From Candidatus Dadabacteria bacterium (GTDB lineage: Bacteria > Desulfobacterota_D > UBA1144 > Nemesobacterales > Nemesobacteraceae): DNA of 64,000 nucleotides. A program made the translations under genes and the position numbers. A model generated the notes under the pieces. That model saw nothing but the letters and a program-made list of their open reading frames with translations. It did no database searches and was not told the origin of the DNA. The stretch spans positions 198,222-262,221 of the forward strand of contig VXNX01000013.1 of NCBI GenBank assembly GCA_009840385.1, given 5' to 3'. Shown piece after piece: positions 17,820 to 28,890 of the stretch (position 1 is the first letter of the stretch; every line of letters begins with the position of its first letter).

Positions 17820-19070
17820 TTATCCGCCTAATCTGTGGCCATAAACGGGAAAACGCAGGCACAGTGCCTTTACGTCTTCTTTTATTCTGCTGAGAACCTT
17901 TTCATTTTCATGATTGTTAAAGGCTTCCATTATAAAACCGGATATCGTATCGATCTCCGCCTCTTTCATTCCTCTTGTGGTAATCGCGGGGGTTCCGATC
18001 CTTACCCCACTTGTGACCATTGGAGGACGTGGATCGAAGGGAATTGTGTTTTTGTTGACTGTTATTCCCGCCCGCTCAAGGGTCTGTTCAACAACCTGTC
18101 CTGTAAACTCCGTTTCCGTAAGATCAACCAGCACCAAGTGATTATCTGTTCCACCCGAGACAAGCTTAAGACCCGCATTTACGAGATTTTCCCCGAGACG
18201 TCTTGCGTTTTTCACAATCTGGCGCTGGTACTCCAAAAATTCAGGCTCAAGAGCCTCCTTAAACGCAACAGCCTTGGCCGCTATCACGTGCATAAGCGGA
18301 CCGCCCTGAGTTCCCGGAAAAACCCTGCTGTTTACGGTCTTAGCGTGCCGCTCCTTCATCATTACCATACCGCCACGCGGTCCCCGAAGCGTCTTATGTG
18401 TGGTAGTAGTTACGAAATCACAGTGGGGAACGGGGTCCGAGTGAAGTCCGGCGACCACAAGCCCCGCAGGATGCGCTATATCCGCCAGCAGAAGTGCCCC
18501 GCATTCATCCGCTATGCTTCTGAATTTCGCGTAGTCAACATCCCTCGGATAAGCACTCCAGCCAGCGATTATAAGTCCGGGAGAGTGTTTGAGGGCAAGC
18601 TCCCTTACCTCGTCGTAGTCAATCGTTCCCGTTTCTTTCGAAACCCCGTAGGCAACAACATTGTAGAGTCGGCCGGAAAAATTAACGGGGTGTCCATGGG
18701 TAAGATGTCCTCCGTGGTCAAGCCTCATTCCCAGAACCGTCTCTCCAGGCTTAAGCGCAGCGAAAAAGACGGCCATGTTCGCCTGAGCCCCCGAGTGCGG
18801 CTGCACATTCACGGCGTCCGCCCCGAAAAGCTCAAGGGCACGGTCGCGCGCAAGGTCTTCAGCCACATCAACGAATTCGCATCCCCCGTAATAACGCCTT
18901 CCCGGAAGACCCTCGGCGTACTTGTTGGTAAGAACAGACCCCATGGCCTCCATGACGGCGTCGCTCACGTAGTTCTCAGACGCTATCATCTCGAGTTTCC
19001 ATTCCTGACGCTGCGTTTCCATGCGGATAACTTCCGCTATCTGCTCATCGACTCCCCTTAGATGGCTCAT
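17820..19070 (-). CDS. glyA: Serine hydroxymethyltransferase
   Basis: [20 protein letters not shown] and [10 protein letters not shown] motifs. Start reassigned to the internal ATG ([11 protein letters not shown]), which has an RBS. Confidence 0.95.
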   Translation of the reverse strand: MSHLRGVDEQIAEVIRMETQRQEWKLEMIASENYVSDAVMEAMGSVLTNKYAEGLPGRRYYGGCEFVDVAEDLARDRALELFGADAVNVQPHSGAQANMAVFFAALKPGETVLGMRLDHGGHLTHGHPVNFSGRLYNVVAYGVSKETGTIDYDEVRELALKHSPGLIIAGWSAYPRDVDYAKFRSIADECGALLLADIAHPAGLVVAGLHSDPVPHCDFVTTTTHKTLRGPRGGMVMMKERHAKTVNSRVFPGTQGGPLMHVIAAKAVAFKEALEPEFLEYQRQIVKNARRLGENLVNAGLKLVSGGTDNHLVLVDLTETEFTGQVVEQTLERAGITVNKNTIPFDPRPPMVTSGVRIGTPAITTRGMKEAEIDTISGFIMEAFNNHENEKVLSRIKEDVKALCLRFPVYGHRLGG

Positions 19071-19337
19071 CTGTTCACCTCGAAGCAAAAAAGTATTTAG
19101 AAGACGGCCCCTCGGGGCCAAGCGCCGTCCGGCGCGGCGACCCGTCGATAATCCGGTATCCTGGAAAAAAATCGCACGATAATTGTGTAAATTTAAAGTG
19201 AGAAGCCACGGGATATTTCATTTTTCCCGAGGAAAAGAATACCGAATGCCCCGGAAACCTCAATTTCGCTATAAATGTCGCTCGGGGGAACGGAAAATCC
19301 CTCTGGGAGAGGATAAACACGGGGAGTGAGAACTGTA

Positions 19338-22085
19338 ATGGCGAAAACCGCAAAACGAAACGGATACATAAAGATAAAAGGCGCCAGGGAAAACAACTTA
19401 AAGAACATAGATGTTCTGATCCCTCAAAACAGGTTCACTGTGGTAACCGGTCTCAGCGGCTCGGGTAAATCATCCCTAGTACTTGATACCGTTTACAAAG
19501 AAGGACTCAGAAGATATATCGACTGTCTTTCAACCTACGCAAGACAGTTCATAGAAAAAGTCGAGCGCCCCGCAATGGACGACATAGAAGGTCTTCCGAC
19601 CCCCATAGCGATTGAAAGCCGAAACAGCGTAATAAACTCCCGCTCCACCGTGGGCACAACAACGGAAATATACGACTACATGAGGCTTCTCTTTGCAAAA
19701 ATCGGAAAAACCCGCTGCTCCGAGTGCGAAGAGGGGGTAACCGAGCACTCCCCTCAATCCATCATCCGACTGCTGATTGAAGAATTCCCGGGAAAAAGAG
19801 CCGTCATATGCTTTGAGACCGAAGAGGGGGTATCCCTATCTCAATACATGAAAAAGGGCTACTCCCGCGCGTACAAGGACGGGAAAACAGAGGATATCGA
19901 AAAAAGCGGAAGGCAACCGGGCGGAAAAACACAGATAGTCACCGCTAGAACCACTATCGGCGAACGGTCAAAATCGAGGATCACAGAAGCCCTAGAAGCC
20001 GCCTTCTCCGAGGATAGCCGGGCGTTTGTGCACATAGTTTCAGATCAAAGCCTCCGTTTCTCGAAAGAACTCCGCTGCGACAGCTGCGACACGGTATTTG
20101 AAAAACCCACCCCGAACATGTTCTCCTTCAACAGCCCCTACGGCGCCTGTGAGGAGTGCAGCGGATTTGGAAGAAACCTGGAGATAGACCCCGAACTCCT
20201 CGTCCCGGATCCCGGTCTAAGCCTCGCCGAAGGGGCAATCGAACCTTTTACGAAAACTTCTTATAGAAGGCAAATGAGAAAACTGCTTGCCTTCGCGGAG
20301 GAGACGGGGATAGACACGGGAAAACCTTTTTCGAAACTTTCGGCAAGAGAGAAAGATCTGGTTTTCAGCGGAAATGACGACTACTACGGCGTGAAAGGAT
20401 ATTTCAGGAGACTTGAGCGGAAGAATTATAAAACCCACATAAGGGTTTTTCTTTCAAGGTACCGCTCCGCTTTCACCTGCGGGGACTGCGGTGGAAGCAG
20501 GCTCAAGGAGAAAGCCCTTAACGTACGAATAGAAGGGGAAAATATATTCGATCTCTCGAGGATGTCCGTAAAGGATCTAAAATCCTGGTTTGACTGCATA
20601 ACTCCATCCGCTTACGAACTTGAGATCGCCTCCGACATAATGAAGGAGATAAATTCGCGGCTGGATTTTCTTATCCACGTGGGGCTTGACTACCTGACTC
20701 TCTCGAGACTCACGCGCACGCTCTCGGGCGGAGAGGCACAGAGAATAAATCTCGCCTGCCAGATGAGTTCACGGCTTACCGAAACCCTCTACATTCTGGA
20801 TGAGCCCTCGATAGGTCTGCACGCAAGGGACATGAACCGGCTCAACTCGCTTATAAGAGAACTCCGGGTAAGAAACAACACCATCATTCTTATAGAACAC
20901 GATCTTGATACAGTAAAATCCGCCGACTATATAGTGGAGCTAGGTCCCCAGGCGGGCGACGGCGGGGGAGAGATCGTATATCAGGGAACGCTAAGGAATT
21001 TCCTGCGTTCGGCGAAAAACTCGGTCACGAAAAAATACCTCGCAAACGAAAGGAAAATAGAGGTTCCGAGTTCCCGTAGAAAGACCACCGGCAATTCAAT
21101 AAACGTAATCGGCGCAAAAGAAAACAACCTTAAAAACATCGACGTACGCTTCCCCCTCAGAAGTCTCACGTGCGTAACCGGGGTATCGGGGTCGGGGAAA
21201 AGCTCGCTTGTAAACGACATTTTGTATAACGCTCTTTTAAGGAAATTCAGAAGAAAAACGGACAGGGTCGGAAAACACGAACGGATAGAAGGCACGGACA
21301 ATATAGATGACGTGATAATCCTTGATCAGGCAAGCATAGGAAGAAGCTCGCGGTCAAATCCCGTCACTTATATAAAAGTTTATGACGATATACGCAAGAT
21401 TCTCGCCGGACATTACCAGGCGAAGCTCCGCAAACTTACCCCTTCGCATTTTTCCTTCAACGTAAGGGGAGGGCGATGCGAGAAATGCATGGGAGAGGGA
21501 AGTCACAGGGTCGAGATGCATTTTCTAGCCGACGTCATGGTGACGTGCGAGGAATGTGAGGGCAGGAGGTTCGGAAAAGAAGTTCTTGGCTACAGATACA
21601 AAGGAAAGAACATAGATGACATACTCAACCTTACAGTTGACCAAGCCATGGTTTTCTTCTCGGAAAGTGTTGCCGTCACCAGAAAACTCAAGGTTCTAAA
21701 AGACGTCGGCTGCGGTTACCTGAGGCTCGGTCAGCCCGCAACGACGCTTTCGGGCGGGGAGGCTCAGAGAATAAAGATAGCCAGGGAACTCTCAAGGAAG
21801 GAAAAAAACAACATCCTCTACATCCTCGACGAACCCACGGTAGGACTTCACATTGACGACATAGGAAAACTTCTTAGTGTCCTCAACAGGCTTGTCGATG
21901 CCGGAAACAGCGTGATAGTGATAGAACACAACCTTGAGATGATAAAATGCGCCGACCACATAATTGATCTCGGACCCGAAGGTGGAGACAAAGGAGGGCG
22001 GATAGTGGCCGCCGGCACTCCCGAGCAGGTAACCTCCGTAAAAAACTCTTACACCGGAGAGTACCTTAGGCCGCTTCTCGGCTAG
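19338..22085 (+). CDS. uvrA: Excinuclease ABC subunit A
   Basis: IKIKGARENNLKNIDV, two ABC ATPase modules (GLSGSGKSSL and GVSGSGKSSL), Zn fingers, ~916 aa. ATG at 19338 with RBS GGGGAG. Confidence 0.95.
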   Translation: MAKTAKRNGYIKIKGARENNLKNIDVLIPQNRFTVVTGLSGSGKSSLVLDTVYKEGLRRYIDCLSTYARQFIEKVERPAMDDIEGLPTPIAIESRNSVINSRSTVGTTTEIYDYMRLLFAKIGKTRCSECEEGVTEHSPQSIIRLLIEEFPGKRAVICFETEEGVSLSQYMKKGYSRAYKDGKTEDIEKSGRQPGGKTQIVTARTTIGERSKSRITEALEAAFSEDSRAFVHIVSDQSLRFSKELRCDSCDTVFEKPTPNMFSFNSPYGACEECSGFGRNLEIDPELLVPDPGLSLAEGAIEPFTKTSYRRQMRKLLAFAEETGIDTGKPFSKLSAREKDLVFSGNDDYYGVKGYFRRLERKNYKTHIRVFLSRYRSAFTCGDCGGSRLKEKALNVRIEGENIFDLSRMSVKDLKSWFDCITPSAYELEIASDIMKEINSRLDFLIHVGLDYLTLSRLTRTLSGGEAQRINLACQMSSRLTETLYILDEPSIGLHARDMNRLNSLIRELRVRNNTIILIEHDLDTVKSADYIVELGPQAGDGGGEIVYQGTLRNFLRSAKNSVTKKYLANERKIEVPSSRRKTTGNSINVIGAKENNLKNIDVRFPLRSLTCVTGVSGSGKSSLVNDILYNALLRKFRRKTDRVGKHERIEGTDNIDDVIILDQASIGRSSRSNPVTYIKVYDDIRKILAGHYQAKLRKLTPSHFSFNVRGGRCEKCMGEGSHRVEMHFLADVMVTCEECEGRRFGKEVLGYRYKGKNIDDILNLTVDQAMVFFSESVAVTRKLKVLKDVGCGYLRLGQPATTLSGGEAQRIKIARELSRKEKNNILYILDEPTVGLHIDDIGKLLSVLNRLVDAGNSVIVIEHNLEMIKCADHIIDLGPEGGDKGGRIVAAGTPEQVTSVKNSYTGEYLRPLLG

Positions 22086-22152
22086 CCGGGTTATGTATTT
22101 TTTCGCCATGGTGTAGAATAAAACCTTAAAAATAATTTTCCGGAGAGAAAAA

Positions 22153-22500
22153 ATGCTTGCAGACAGAAAAATACCTTTTAGCGAATCCAAGGAAGAAGAG
22201 TGGGAAATTCTGAAACAGAAGACTGAAGGCGGTATAGAACTTATGCTCGAAGACTCCCAGCGGTGGTTTCTGGCCACGACAGAAGGCGATGGAATCAGGA
22301 TAACTTCAGCTGAGAAAAACGTGCGGCCGCTTGCAGTTCGCGAACCGCCGCTTATCGAGTTCGATGAGTTTAAAAGAGTGGCAGAAGTCTATAACGACGC
22401 CTTTTTCGGCGGAATCGGGGATCTATCGGCAAGACTCGACACTCACAATTCAAGCCCGAACATGCGCTACCTCTTCATGATGATCTACAATCTGATCTAG
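22153..22500 (+). CDS. Hypothetical protein
   Basis: 115-aa ORF with RBS-like GGAGAG upstream. No recognisable motifs. Confidence 0.4.
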   Translation: MLADRKIPFSESKEEEWEILKQKTEGGIELMLEDSQRWFLATTEGDGIRITSAEKNVRPLAVREPPLIEFDEFKRVAEVYNDAFFGGIGDLSARLDTHNSSPNMRYLFMMIYNLI

Positions 22501-22751
22501 ACGGCCCTGAAAGCGGTAAGTATATCAAGAAACGCTACATCGCATTTGAAAAAATTATCCTATGATCAGATGCCTTACCGAGTGGAAACCAGCTCAAGGA
22601 TATCTTTAGGCCAATTCAAGAAAACAATTTCAAATATCCTAAACTGCCCGTAGCTCTCAGTCCGACGATCAATCACAACTTCGCCTTAAAACCTATGAGA
22701 AGAGCATTAAAATCGCACTTCTGTGTCACTTAAGTTAGATGGATGGAAATT

Positions 22752-22827
22752 TGGCTCCGGCGGCAGGGCTCGAACCTGCGACCCGATGATTAACAGTCAT
22801 CTGCTCTGCCAACTGAGCTACGCCGGA
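22752..22827 (-). tRNA. tRNA-Asn (anticodon GTT)
   Basis: Reverse complement reads TCCGGCGTAGCTCAGTTGGCAGAGCAGATGACTGTTAATCATCGGGTCGCAGGTTCGAGCCCTGCCGCCGGAGCCA. It is 76 nt with a cloverleaf fold, a GTTCGAG T-loop, the anticodon loop CTGTTAA and an encoded CCA. Confidence 0.9.
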
Positions 22828-22911
22828 ACTGTAGAAAATAGAAAAAACCCAAAGAGTAGTTAATTTTATATAGATAAGAAAAACAGTCAATAAATCCAAC
22901 ACCGAGTAAAA

Positions 22912-23805
22912 ATGACCGGGGAAAAAGAAGAAAAAAAGAAACCGGAGAAAGTGAATTCATCTCTTCCCGCACTTTCAAACTCCCTGCAAAGCTATCTGGC
23001 GCAGATCAGAAACTACCCCGTTTTGAGTAGAGAGGAGGAGTACGAACTCGCAATGAGGCACAGGGAAACGGGAGACCTTGAGGCCGCTAGGAAACTGATC
23101 GTATCAAACCTGAAATTCGTCGTGCGCATCGCGAACGAATACAAAAACTATAACGTAAACACCATGGACCTTATCCAGGAAGGCAACATAGGACTTATGA
23201 AAGCCGTAAGGGGCTTTGATCCGACCAAGGGATACAGGCTTATCTCATATGCAGTTTGGTGGATAAGGGCTTACATACAGAACCACATAATGAAAACCTG
23301 GAGTCTTGTGAAAGTCGGAACAAACCAGTCCCAGAGAAAGCTCTTTTACAAACTGAGGTCAACGAAAAACAAAATCGAAGCCACCGGAGCGGAGATGGGA
23401 GAGGACATTTACTCCGAGATAGCCAGAGAACTTGACGTGCCAGACAGCCAAGTAATCGAGATGGACCGGATAATGTCCGGAAAAGACCTGTCTCTTGACG
23501 CAAACATAGAAGGCAGCACGGAACGTACCTACGTTGACATCCTAGGGGACACATTCGATCAGGAGCAATTCCTCGAAGATTCCCAGATCCGACCGCTTGT
23601 GGCCAAGAAGATAAAAGAAGCCCTGGAGAGCCTAAAAGACAGGGAAAGATACATTATCGAAAAACGGGTTCTCACCGATTCTCCCGAGACTCTTGAAAAG
23701 CTTTCCCGTAAATTCGGCATCTCAAGAGAGCGCGTAAGACAGATAGAAAAAAATGCTCTTAACAAAATCAGGCAGGAATTTCAAAAAGAGCAGTTTCACG
23801 TATAA
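22912..23805 (+). CDS. rpoH: RNA polymerase sigma-32 factor (RpoH-type sigma-70 family)
   Basis: Sigma-70 regions 2 and 4, plus an RpoH-box-like QRKLFYKLRSTK, 297 aa. Confidence 0.8.
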   Translation: MTGEKEEKKKPEKVNSSLPALSNSLQSYLAQIRNYPVLSREEEYELAMRHRETGDLEAARKLIVSNLKFVVRIANEYKNYNVNTMDLIQEGNIGLMKAVRGFDPTKGYRLISYAVWWIRAYIQNHIMKTWSLVKVGTNQSQRKLFYKLRSTKNKIEATGAEMGEDIYSEIARELDVPDSQVIEMDRIMSGKDLSLDANIEGSTERTYVDILGDTFDQEQFLEDSQIRPLVAKKIKEALESLKDRERYIIEKRVLTDSPETLEKLSRKFGISRERVRQIEKNALNKIRQEFQKEQFHV

Positions 23806-23996
23806 AGTTCTCGGGACAAGCATAAGCCCGAGAGGATTTTTCTCCATAACACCCTGAAATTTCTAACTATTTACGAACCTTCCATTTTTCAATCACAACT
23901 GCAAATTTTAATTGAATTAGTACCCGAATTATAATATGTTCTATAGGTAGGTAGTGTGGTTTTTGTTCCCAGTAGAAAATCTAATAGGAGGGATGA

Positions 23997-24932
23997 ATGA
24001 GTAGATTTATAATCCTTACCTCTTTTTTACTTGTCTTCATACTGTTTCCTTTCTCATCAAATGCCCAGCAGTTGTATATAAGCACTGAATTGGGAATTGG
24101 TATCGGGAATTCTCTGGATACCGACGCCAGTGATACCGATTTCGGTACGCTGTGCGATCAGCACTTAAACAATCCAGAGGACCGTAATCATTTTGCATCT
24201 GGTGTATGTTCTTCCGAGACATCAGTCTGGGATAACAGCTTTGACGGTTCAACGGGAGTAATAGCGGGCGTCGCTTTGGGCGTCAGCACAGATTTGGGTG
24301 CGAGAATTGAAGCTGAATATCTTTATTTTGGCGCGCAATACGACTCGACATCCCCGGTTGTTGGAGGAGGTGGAGATATTGCGGATAAAGTAAATGAGGA
24401 ACTTATCCGTTCTGACGAACGCATAGGAGGGGTAAATATAAACAGTCTGTTCGTTAACGTTTATTATGACCTTCCGGTTTCCGGACAGTTGCGTCCTTAC
24501 ATTGGAGGCGGTGTGGGTTTTGGAATGGCCGAGGTGGAATGGGATGCTGTTTGGGCCCGTAATATAAACCCGGATGTAATCACGACGGCGGATGATGCAG
24601 AATATCTGGGTGACGGCAACGAAGAAGAGGACCGCCAAGCTCTGCATGGAAGAATCGCCGGTACTTCAAGCACGGCGAGTCACACGCTCGAAGATACGGT
24701 GTTCGGTTACCAAGCAATTGTCGGCGTGGACTACATGCTGACCGATAATGCCTCAATTGGAGTCAAGGGTCGCTGGGTCAGGTACGCCAAGTTCAGCGGC
24801 ACAGATGAGTGGGACCAGTTGCGCAGTCACGCCCCGAACAATGGCCCGGGAACGAATACGGTTGAGTATACAATTGAAACTGACGACTTAAGCGCATTTG
24901 GGGTCAGTCTGATTATGAAATACGCGTTCTGA
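23997..24932 (+). CDS. Outer-membrane beta-barrel protein (OmpA-like transmembrane domain family)
   Basis: Signal peptide MSRFIILTSFLLVFILFPFSSNAQ, alternating amphipathic strands, C-terminal …MKYAF. Confidence 0.6.
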   Translation: MSRFIILTSFLLVFILFPFSSNAQQLYISTELGIGIGNSLDTDASDTDFGTLCDQHLNNPEDRNHFASGVCSSETSVWDNSFDGSTGVIAGVALGVSTDLGARIEAEYLYFGAQYDSTSPVVGGGGDIADKVNEELIRSDERIGGVNINSLFVNVYYDLPVSGQLRPYIGGGVGFGMAEVEWDAVWARNINPDVITTADDAEYLGDGNEEEDRQALHGRIAGTSSTASHTLEDTVFGYQAIVGVDYMLTDNASIGVKGRWVRYAKFSGTDEWDQLRSHAPNNGPGTNTVEYTIETDDLSAFGVSLIMKYAF

Positions 24933-25279
24933 TTTCCGCTTCCTCCAAGCGGAGCGGAGCAAAACTTAACGGACCGAGGTCCCGTATGGTTTTTGGGAAC
25001 ACGGCGGTGCTCTCATAAACAGGATGAAGGCATAGGGCCAGTCACCATGAATTCATACGGGATCCTCGAGTCCATCTTAGCAGGAAACTTAACCACTGAG
25101 ATTTTCCACAGGTCCCGAATCTCAATTCATGTCAATCCCCATCTACACATGAAAAGCTTTTCCTTATATGAATTTTTCAAGTAGAGATAGACTTTTCTAG
25201 TCAAGTTTGAACTTCACGAAAAGGAGTTCCGTACAAGCTGTTTGGGATTTACAAACCAGCCTAGTGGGTCTCGCCAAAC

Positions 25280-26140
25280 TCAGAACCGGCGAATTAGTGC
25301 AAGGCGTGCAGTGGAAAGCCTGTTTTCAACTTCGTAGTACGCGGCCCTTTTGGGAGTTTCGGGTCCGCAGCAGCGATTATTTGCGGATCGGTTAACAAGA
25401 TGTGTGCTCTCCCCGAAATCCATATACAAACCTTCAAACCGAAGCGTCCAGGCATCTGACAGCGCAGCTTCGAGGCCGGCTCCAGCCGCCCAGCCCACCT
25501 CAGTTGAATCTTTGCTGAAAGAATCATCGGGATCCACCATGGAACCCGATTCATTGGAGTCGATATCGGTTACCGAATTGCTGATTCCGGCAAAAGCCAG
25601 TCCGCCGGTGACAAATACCGTTATGCGGCCAACTGCCTGTTCAACTCCCCCGCGCGCAGTAACGATCCATGAAAATTCTGATTCGGCAGTTTCGTCAAGA
25701 CCTTCAGGATCAAGCTTGTCAGTTGACGCCGATACATTAGTCAGCGTACCGTCAAGCTCGCCTCTCAGGGTAAACCCGCCGACATCGAATTTCCCCCCTA
25801 CAAGAACCCCACCGACAAAGCCCGTATCGTCGTAATCTGAAACAGAACCCGGGTTGCCCCAGTCAGCAAAACCGTCAATGTCAACGATCCGGTTTTTCAT
25901 AAAACCGGCACCCATAAAAACCCCGGCGTAATTGCCAAAGCTTGCAAACTCAATTTCACTCTGCGCAGCGCCATCCACGATTTCGCTTGGTGCGAGATCT
26001 TCCGGCACGACACCCGAAAAACCGGTATCTGGAATGATCAGACAAGCGAGCAGAAAAACTGCCAAACTACCTGCCAGAAGTTTTGCTCCGTCGTTTTCTC
26101 CCAGCGCAAGACCTACAAAGAAATCAATAATCTTTTTCAT
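25280..26140 (-). CDS. Outer-membrane beta-barrel protein, paralogous to 23997-24932
   Basis: Signal peptide, a GGLAFAG motif resembling the GGGVGFG motif of its neighbour, C-terminal …RRF aromatic terminus. Confidence 0.55.
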   Translation of the reverse strand: MKKIIDFFVGLALGENDGAKLLAGSLAVFLLACLIIPDTGFSGVVPEDLAPSEIVDGAAQSEIEFASFGNYAGVFMGAGFMKNRIVDIDGFADWGNPGSVSDYDDTGFVGGVLVGGKFDVGGFTLRGELDGTLTNVSASTDKLDPEGLDETAESEFSWIVTARGGVEQAVGRITVFVTGGLAFAGISNSVTDIDSNESGSMVDPDDSFSKDSTEVGWAAGAGLEAALSDAWTLRFEGLYMDFGESTHLVNRSANNRCCGPETPKRAAYYEVENRLSTARLALIRRF

Positions 26141-28758
26141 ATGAGTTCCTCTAGGTAATTCAGCATCTTCGGTATGTTGCCGGGCATGTTTCCGCCCGCC
26201 TGAGCCATTTCACCGCCCCCGCCTCCCTTTCCGCCGACAATTCCGGCAAGCTCGCTCACTAATTTTCCGGCGTGATACCTGCCGACAATATCTTTCGTAA
26301 TGCCCACAAGAATAAAAACCTGTCCTCCTCTCTCCGCCACAAGCAAAGCAACTCCATTGCTCATTCTCCCCTTCAGGTAATCCCAAAGAGAGCGTAGTTC
26401 CGCCGGTTTTGAAACGGAGACCTTGACCCGAAGAAGATTTATTCCCCCCACGTTCTCAATCTTGTCAATTAACCCTGTGGCCGTTTCAGAAATGGTTTTT
26501 GCCCTGAAAGATTCGATTTCCGCTTGAAGTCGTGCGTTTTCGTCAACCACGCCCGCAAGCCTAGAGAGAAGTTCGGAAGTGGGAGCGTTAAGTGCGGAAG
26601 AAAATTTGTTCAGTATATTCTCTTGACCTTTCATGTAATTCCACGCCGCCTGGCCGCTTACGGCCTCTATCCTCCTAACCCCCGCAGAAGACGCGCTCTC
26701 GGACACTATTTTCATCATTCCTATCTCACCCGAGGCCCGCACATGGGTTCCGCCGCAAAGCTCCTTGCTGTAATCCCCTATGGTTACCACTCTTACCCTG
26801 TCGCCGTATTTCTCTTCGAATATCGCAGTGGCACCGTCCTTTATGGCTTCGTCGTATGAGACATCTTCTTTAGTCACGACCGCATCGTCACGTCTTATTC
26901 TCTCATTAATAATCTGCTCTATGGAATCAAGTTCTTTTCTTTCAATCGAGGAATAGTGGCTGAAGTCAAATCTGAGCCTGTCTGGTCCGACGAACGATCC
27001 CGCCTGGTTCACGTGGGTGCCGAGAATTTCTTTTAAAACGGCATGAAGCACATGGGTTGAGGTGTGGTGAGCCATAACCCCCTGTCTGAACACTGGGTCA
27101 ACCTCCATACGCACTCCTTCGCCCACCCGCACTTCTCCCCTTTCCACAAGAACATTGTGGAAGAAAAGCGTGGGAGTGAGCTTTTTCGTATCGAGGACTT
27201 TCGCCTGAAACCCCTGCCCAGCAATCTCGCCCCTGTCCCCCGTCTGTCCGCCCGACTCTCCGTAAAAAGGGGTGACGTCAGTCAATATCTGGGCTTCCTG
27301 ACCCTCCTGGGCAGTCTGGGATATCTCTCCGCGACTTATTATTCCCGTAATCACGCTATCGGATGAGAGTGTCTTGTAACCGACAAACTCAGTAGTCGTC
27401 TCTCCGGCAAGCTCAAGTAAAAGAGACGCAAGATCGGTTTCACCTCCGCCTCCGCGGGCCTTTCTTGACTTGGTTCTCTGCTTCTCCATCTCTTTCTCAA
27501 AACCCTGCAGGTCAATCTCTATACCCTCATTTCTGGTTATGTCCTCCGTGAGGTCAACCGGAAACCCGTAGGTATCATAGAGACTGAAAACCACCTTGCC
27601 GGAAAGCTTTTTCTTTTTCCCAAGCTTTGAGATTTCCTGATTAAGGAGTTCAAGCCCCCTGTCCACCGTCTCAAGGAATCTCTCCTCTTCGCTTTTCACC
27701 ACCTGGGACACGAAATCCCCTTTTTCCCTGATCTCAGGATAGGCCTCTCCCATTATCCCCTCAACCGCGGGCAGAACCCTGTAGACAAAAGGTTCGTCTA
27801 TCCCCAGAAACTTCGAGTGGCGGACCGCTCTTCTGAGTATTCTCCTTAAAACGTATCCCCTGCCCTCGTTTGACGGGAATACTCCGTCTGAGATAAGAAA
27901 GGCAAGCGCTCTTGAGTGGTCCGCTATAACCCTCATCGCCACTTCCGTTGAGCGGTCGGCGGAGTATTCTTTCCCGGAAAGCTCCTCTATACGGTTTATG
28001 ACGCCTCTTAAAAGATCGGTCTCATAGTTGCTCGGCACTCCCTGAAGAACCGCCGTAAGTCTTTCAAGCCCGAGCCCCGTGTCAATGCTGGGACGAGGAA
28101 GGGGCGTCATCTCGCCTTTCTCGTCTCTCTCAAACTGCATGAACACGAGATTCCAGAGTTCGAGATAACGATCGCACTCGCACCCGACCGCGCATCTAGG
28201 CTTCCCGCACCCGAACGACTCCCCTTGGTCTATCAGTATCTCGGAACACGGACCGCAAGGACCCGTATCTCCCATTGACCAGAAATTGTCCTTCTCCCCC
28301 ATTCTGACTATCTTTTTCTTGGGAACGCCGATGTTCTTGTTCCAGATATCAAACGCCTCGTCGTCGTCTTGATAAACGGTGACCCAGAGTTTTTTCTTTG
28401 GCAGCCCGTAAACGTTGGTAATAAGATCCCATCCGTAGCTGATGGCTCCCTCCTTGAAGTAATCCCCGAAAGAGAAATTCCCCAGCATTTCGAAAAAAGT
28501 ATGGTGTCTCGCCGTATACCCTACGTTGTCAAGATCGTTGTGCTTTCCCCCGGCCCTGAGACACTTCTGGGAGGAAACCGCCCTTTCAAAATCCCTGGTC
28601 TCAGCTCCCGTGAAAACATTTTTGAACTGAACCATCCCGGCGTTGGTAAAAAGAAGAGTCGGGTCGTTCTCCGGTATGAGAGTCGAACTGCGGACCGGTT
28701 CATGGCCTCTTTCGGAGAAATACTCTATGAACTCTCTTCTAACGTCGTATCCTTTCAT
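26137..28758 (-). CDS. alaS: Alanine--tRNA ligase
   Basis: MKGYDVRREFIEYFSERGHEPVRSS…FTNAGMVQFK, editing-domain HxxxH motifs, C-terminal DHHA1, ~874 aa. Confidence 0.95.
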   Translation of the reverse strand: MKGYDVRREFIEYFSERGHEPVRSSTLIPENDPTLLFTNAGMVQFKNVFTGAETRDFERAVSSQKCLRAGGKHNDLDNVGYTARHHTFFEMLGNFSFGDYFKEGAISYGWDLITNVYGLPKKKLWVTVYQDDDEAFDIWNKNIGVPKKKIVRMGEKDNFWSMGDTGPCGPCSEILIDQGESFGCGKPRCAVGCECDRYLELWNLVFMQFERDEKGEMTPLPRPSIDTGLGLERLTAVLQGVPSNYETDLLRGVINRIEELSGKEYSADRSTEVAMRVIADHSRALAFLISDGVFPSNEGRGYVLRRILRRAVRHSKFLGIDEPFVYRVLPAVEGIMGEAYPEIREKGDFVSQVVKSEEERFLETVDRGLELLNQEISKLGKKKKLSGKVVFSLYDTYGFPVDLTEDITRNEGIEIDLQGFEKEMEKQRTKSRKARGGGGETDLASLLLELAGETTTEFVGYKTLSSDSVITGIISRGEISQTAQEGQEAQILTDVTPFYGESGGQTGDRGEIAGQGFQAKVLDTKKLTPTLFFHNVLVERGEVRVGEGVRMEVDPVFRQGVMAHHTSTHVLHAVLKEILGTHVNQAGSFVGPDRLRFDFSHYSSIERKELDSIEQIINERIRRDDAVVTKEDVSYDEAIKDGATAIFEEKYGDRVRVVTIGDYSKELCGGTHVRASGEIGMMKIVSESASSAGVRRIEAVSGQAAWNYMKGQENILNKFSSALNAPTSELLSRLAGVVDENARLQAEIESFRAKTISETATGLIDKIENVGGINLLRVKVSVSKPAELRSLWDYLKGRMSNGVALLVAERGGQVFILVGITKDIVGRYHAGKLVSELAGIVGGKGGGGGEMAQAGGNMPGNIPKMLNYLEELI

Positions 28759-28890
28759 CTGATAAACCCCCGCACACGCAAACGGCAAACTGCGATTGAC
28801 TGCGAAGCCCGTTGTTCAGTCCGGATGAGAAAATATAACAGGAATGGTAGAAAACTGAATTGAAGCAAAAGCGGGAAACAAGCAAGAACG

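Noticed and set aside
17835-19061. 408-aa ORF on the plus strand opposite glyA. Similar long antisense ORFs lie at 59296-59976 opposite carB, and at 62335-63066 and 61429-62073 opposite thiC.
   Set aside because: Each is fully embedded antisense to a well-supported conserved gene. They have no motifs, no RBS, and a composition typical of shadow ORFs.
22071-22105. Palindrome CGGCTAGCCG plus T-run after uvrA as an intrinsic terminator
   Set aside because: The stem is only 3-4 bp with a minimal loop, which is too weak to call confidently.
24933-25400. tmRNA, RNase P RNA or SRP RNA in the long OMP-OMP spacer
   Set aside because: Signature motifs (the tmRNA tRNA-like 3' end UCCACCA with T-loop, RNase P GGAAAGUCCGG, SRP domain IV GGAAGCAGCCA) are not present on either strand.
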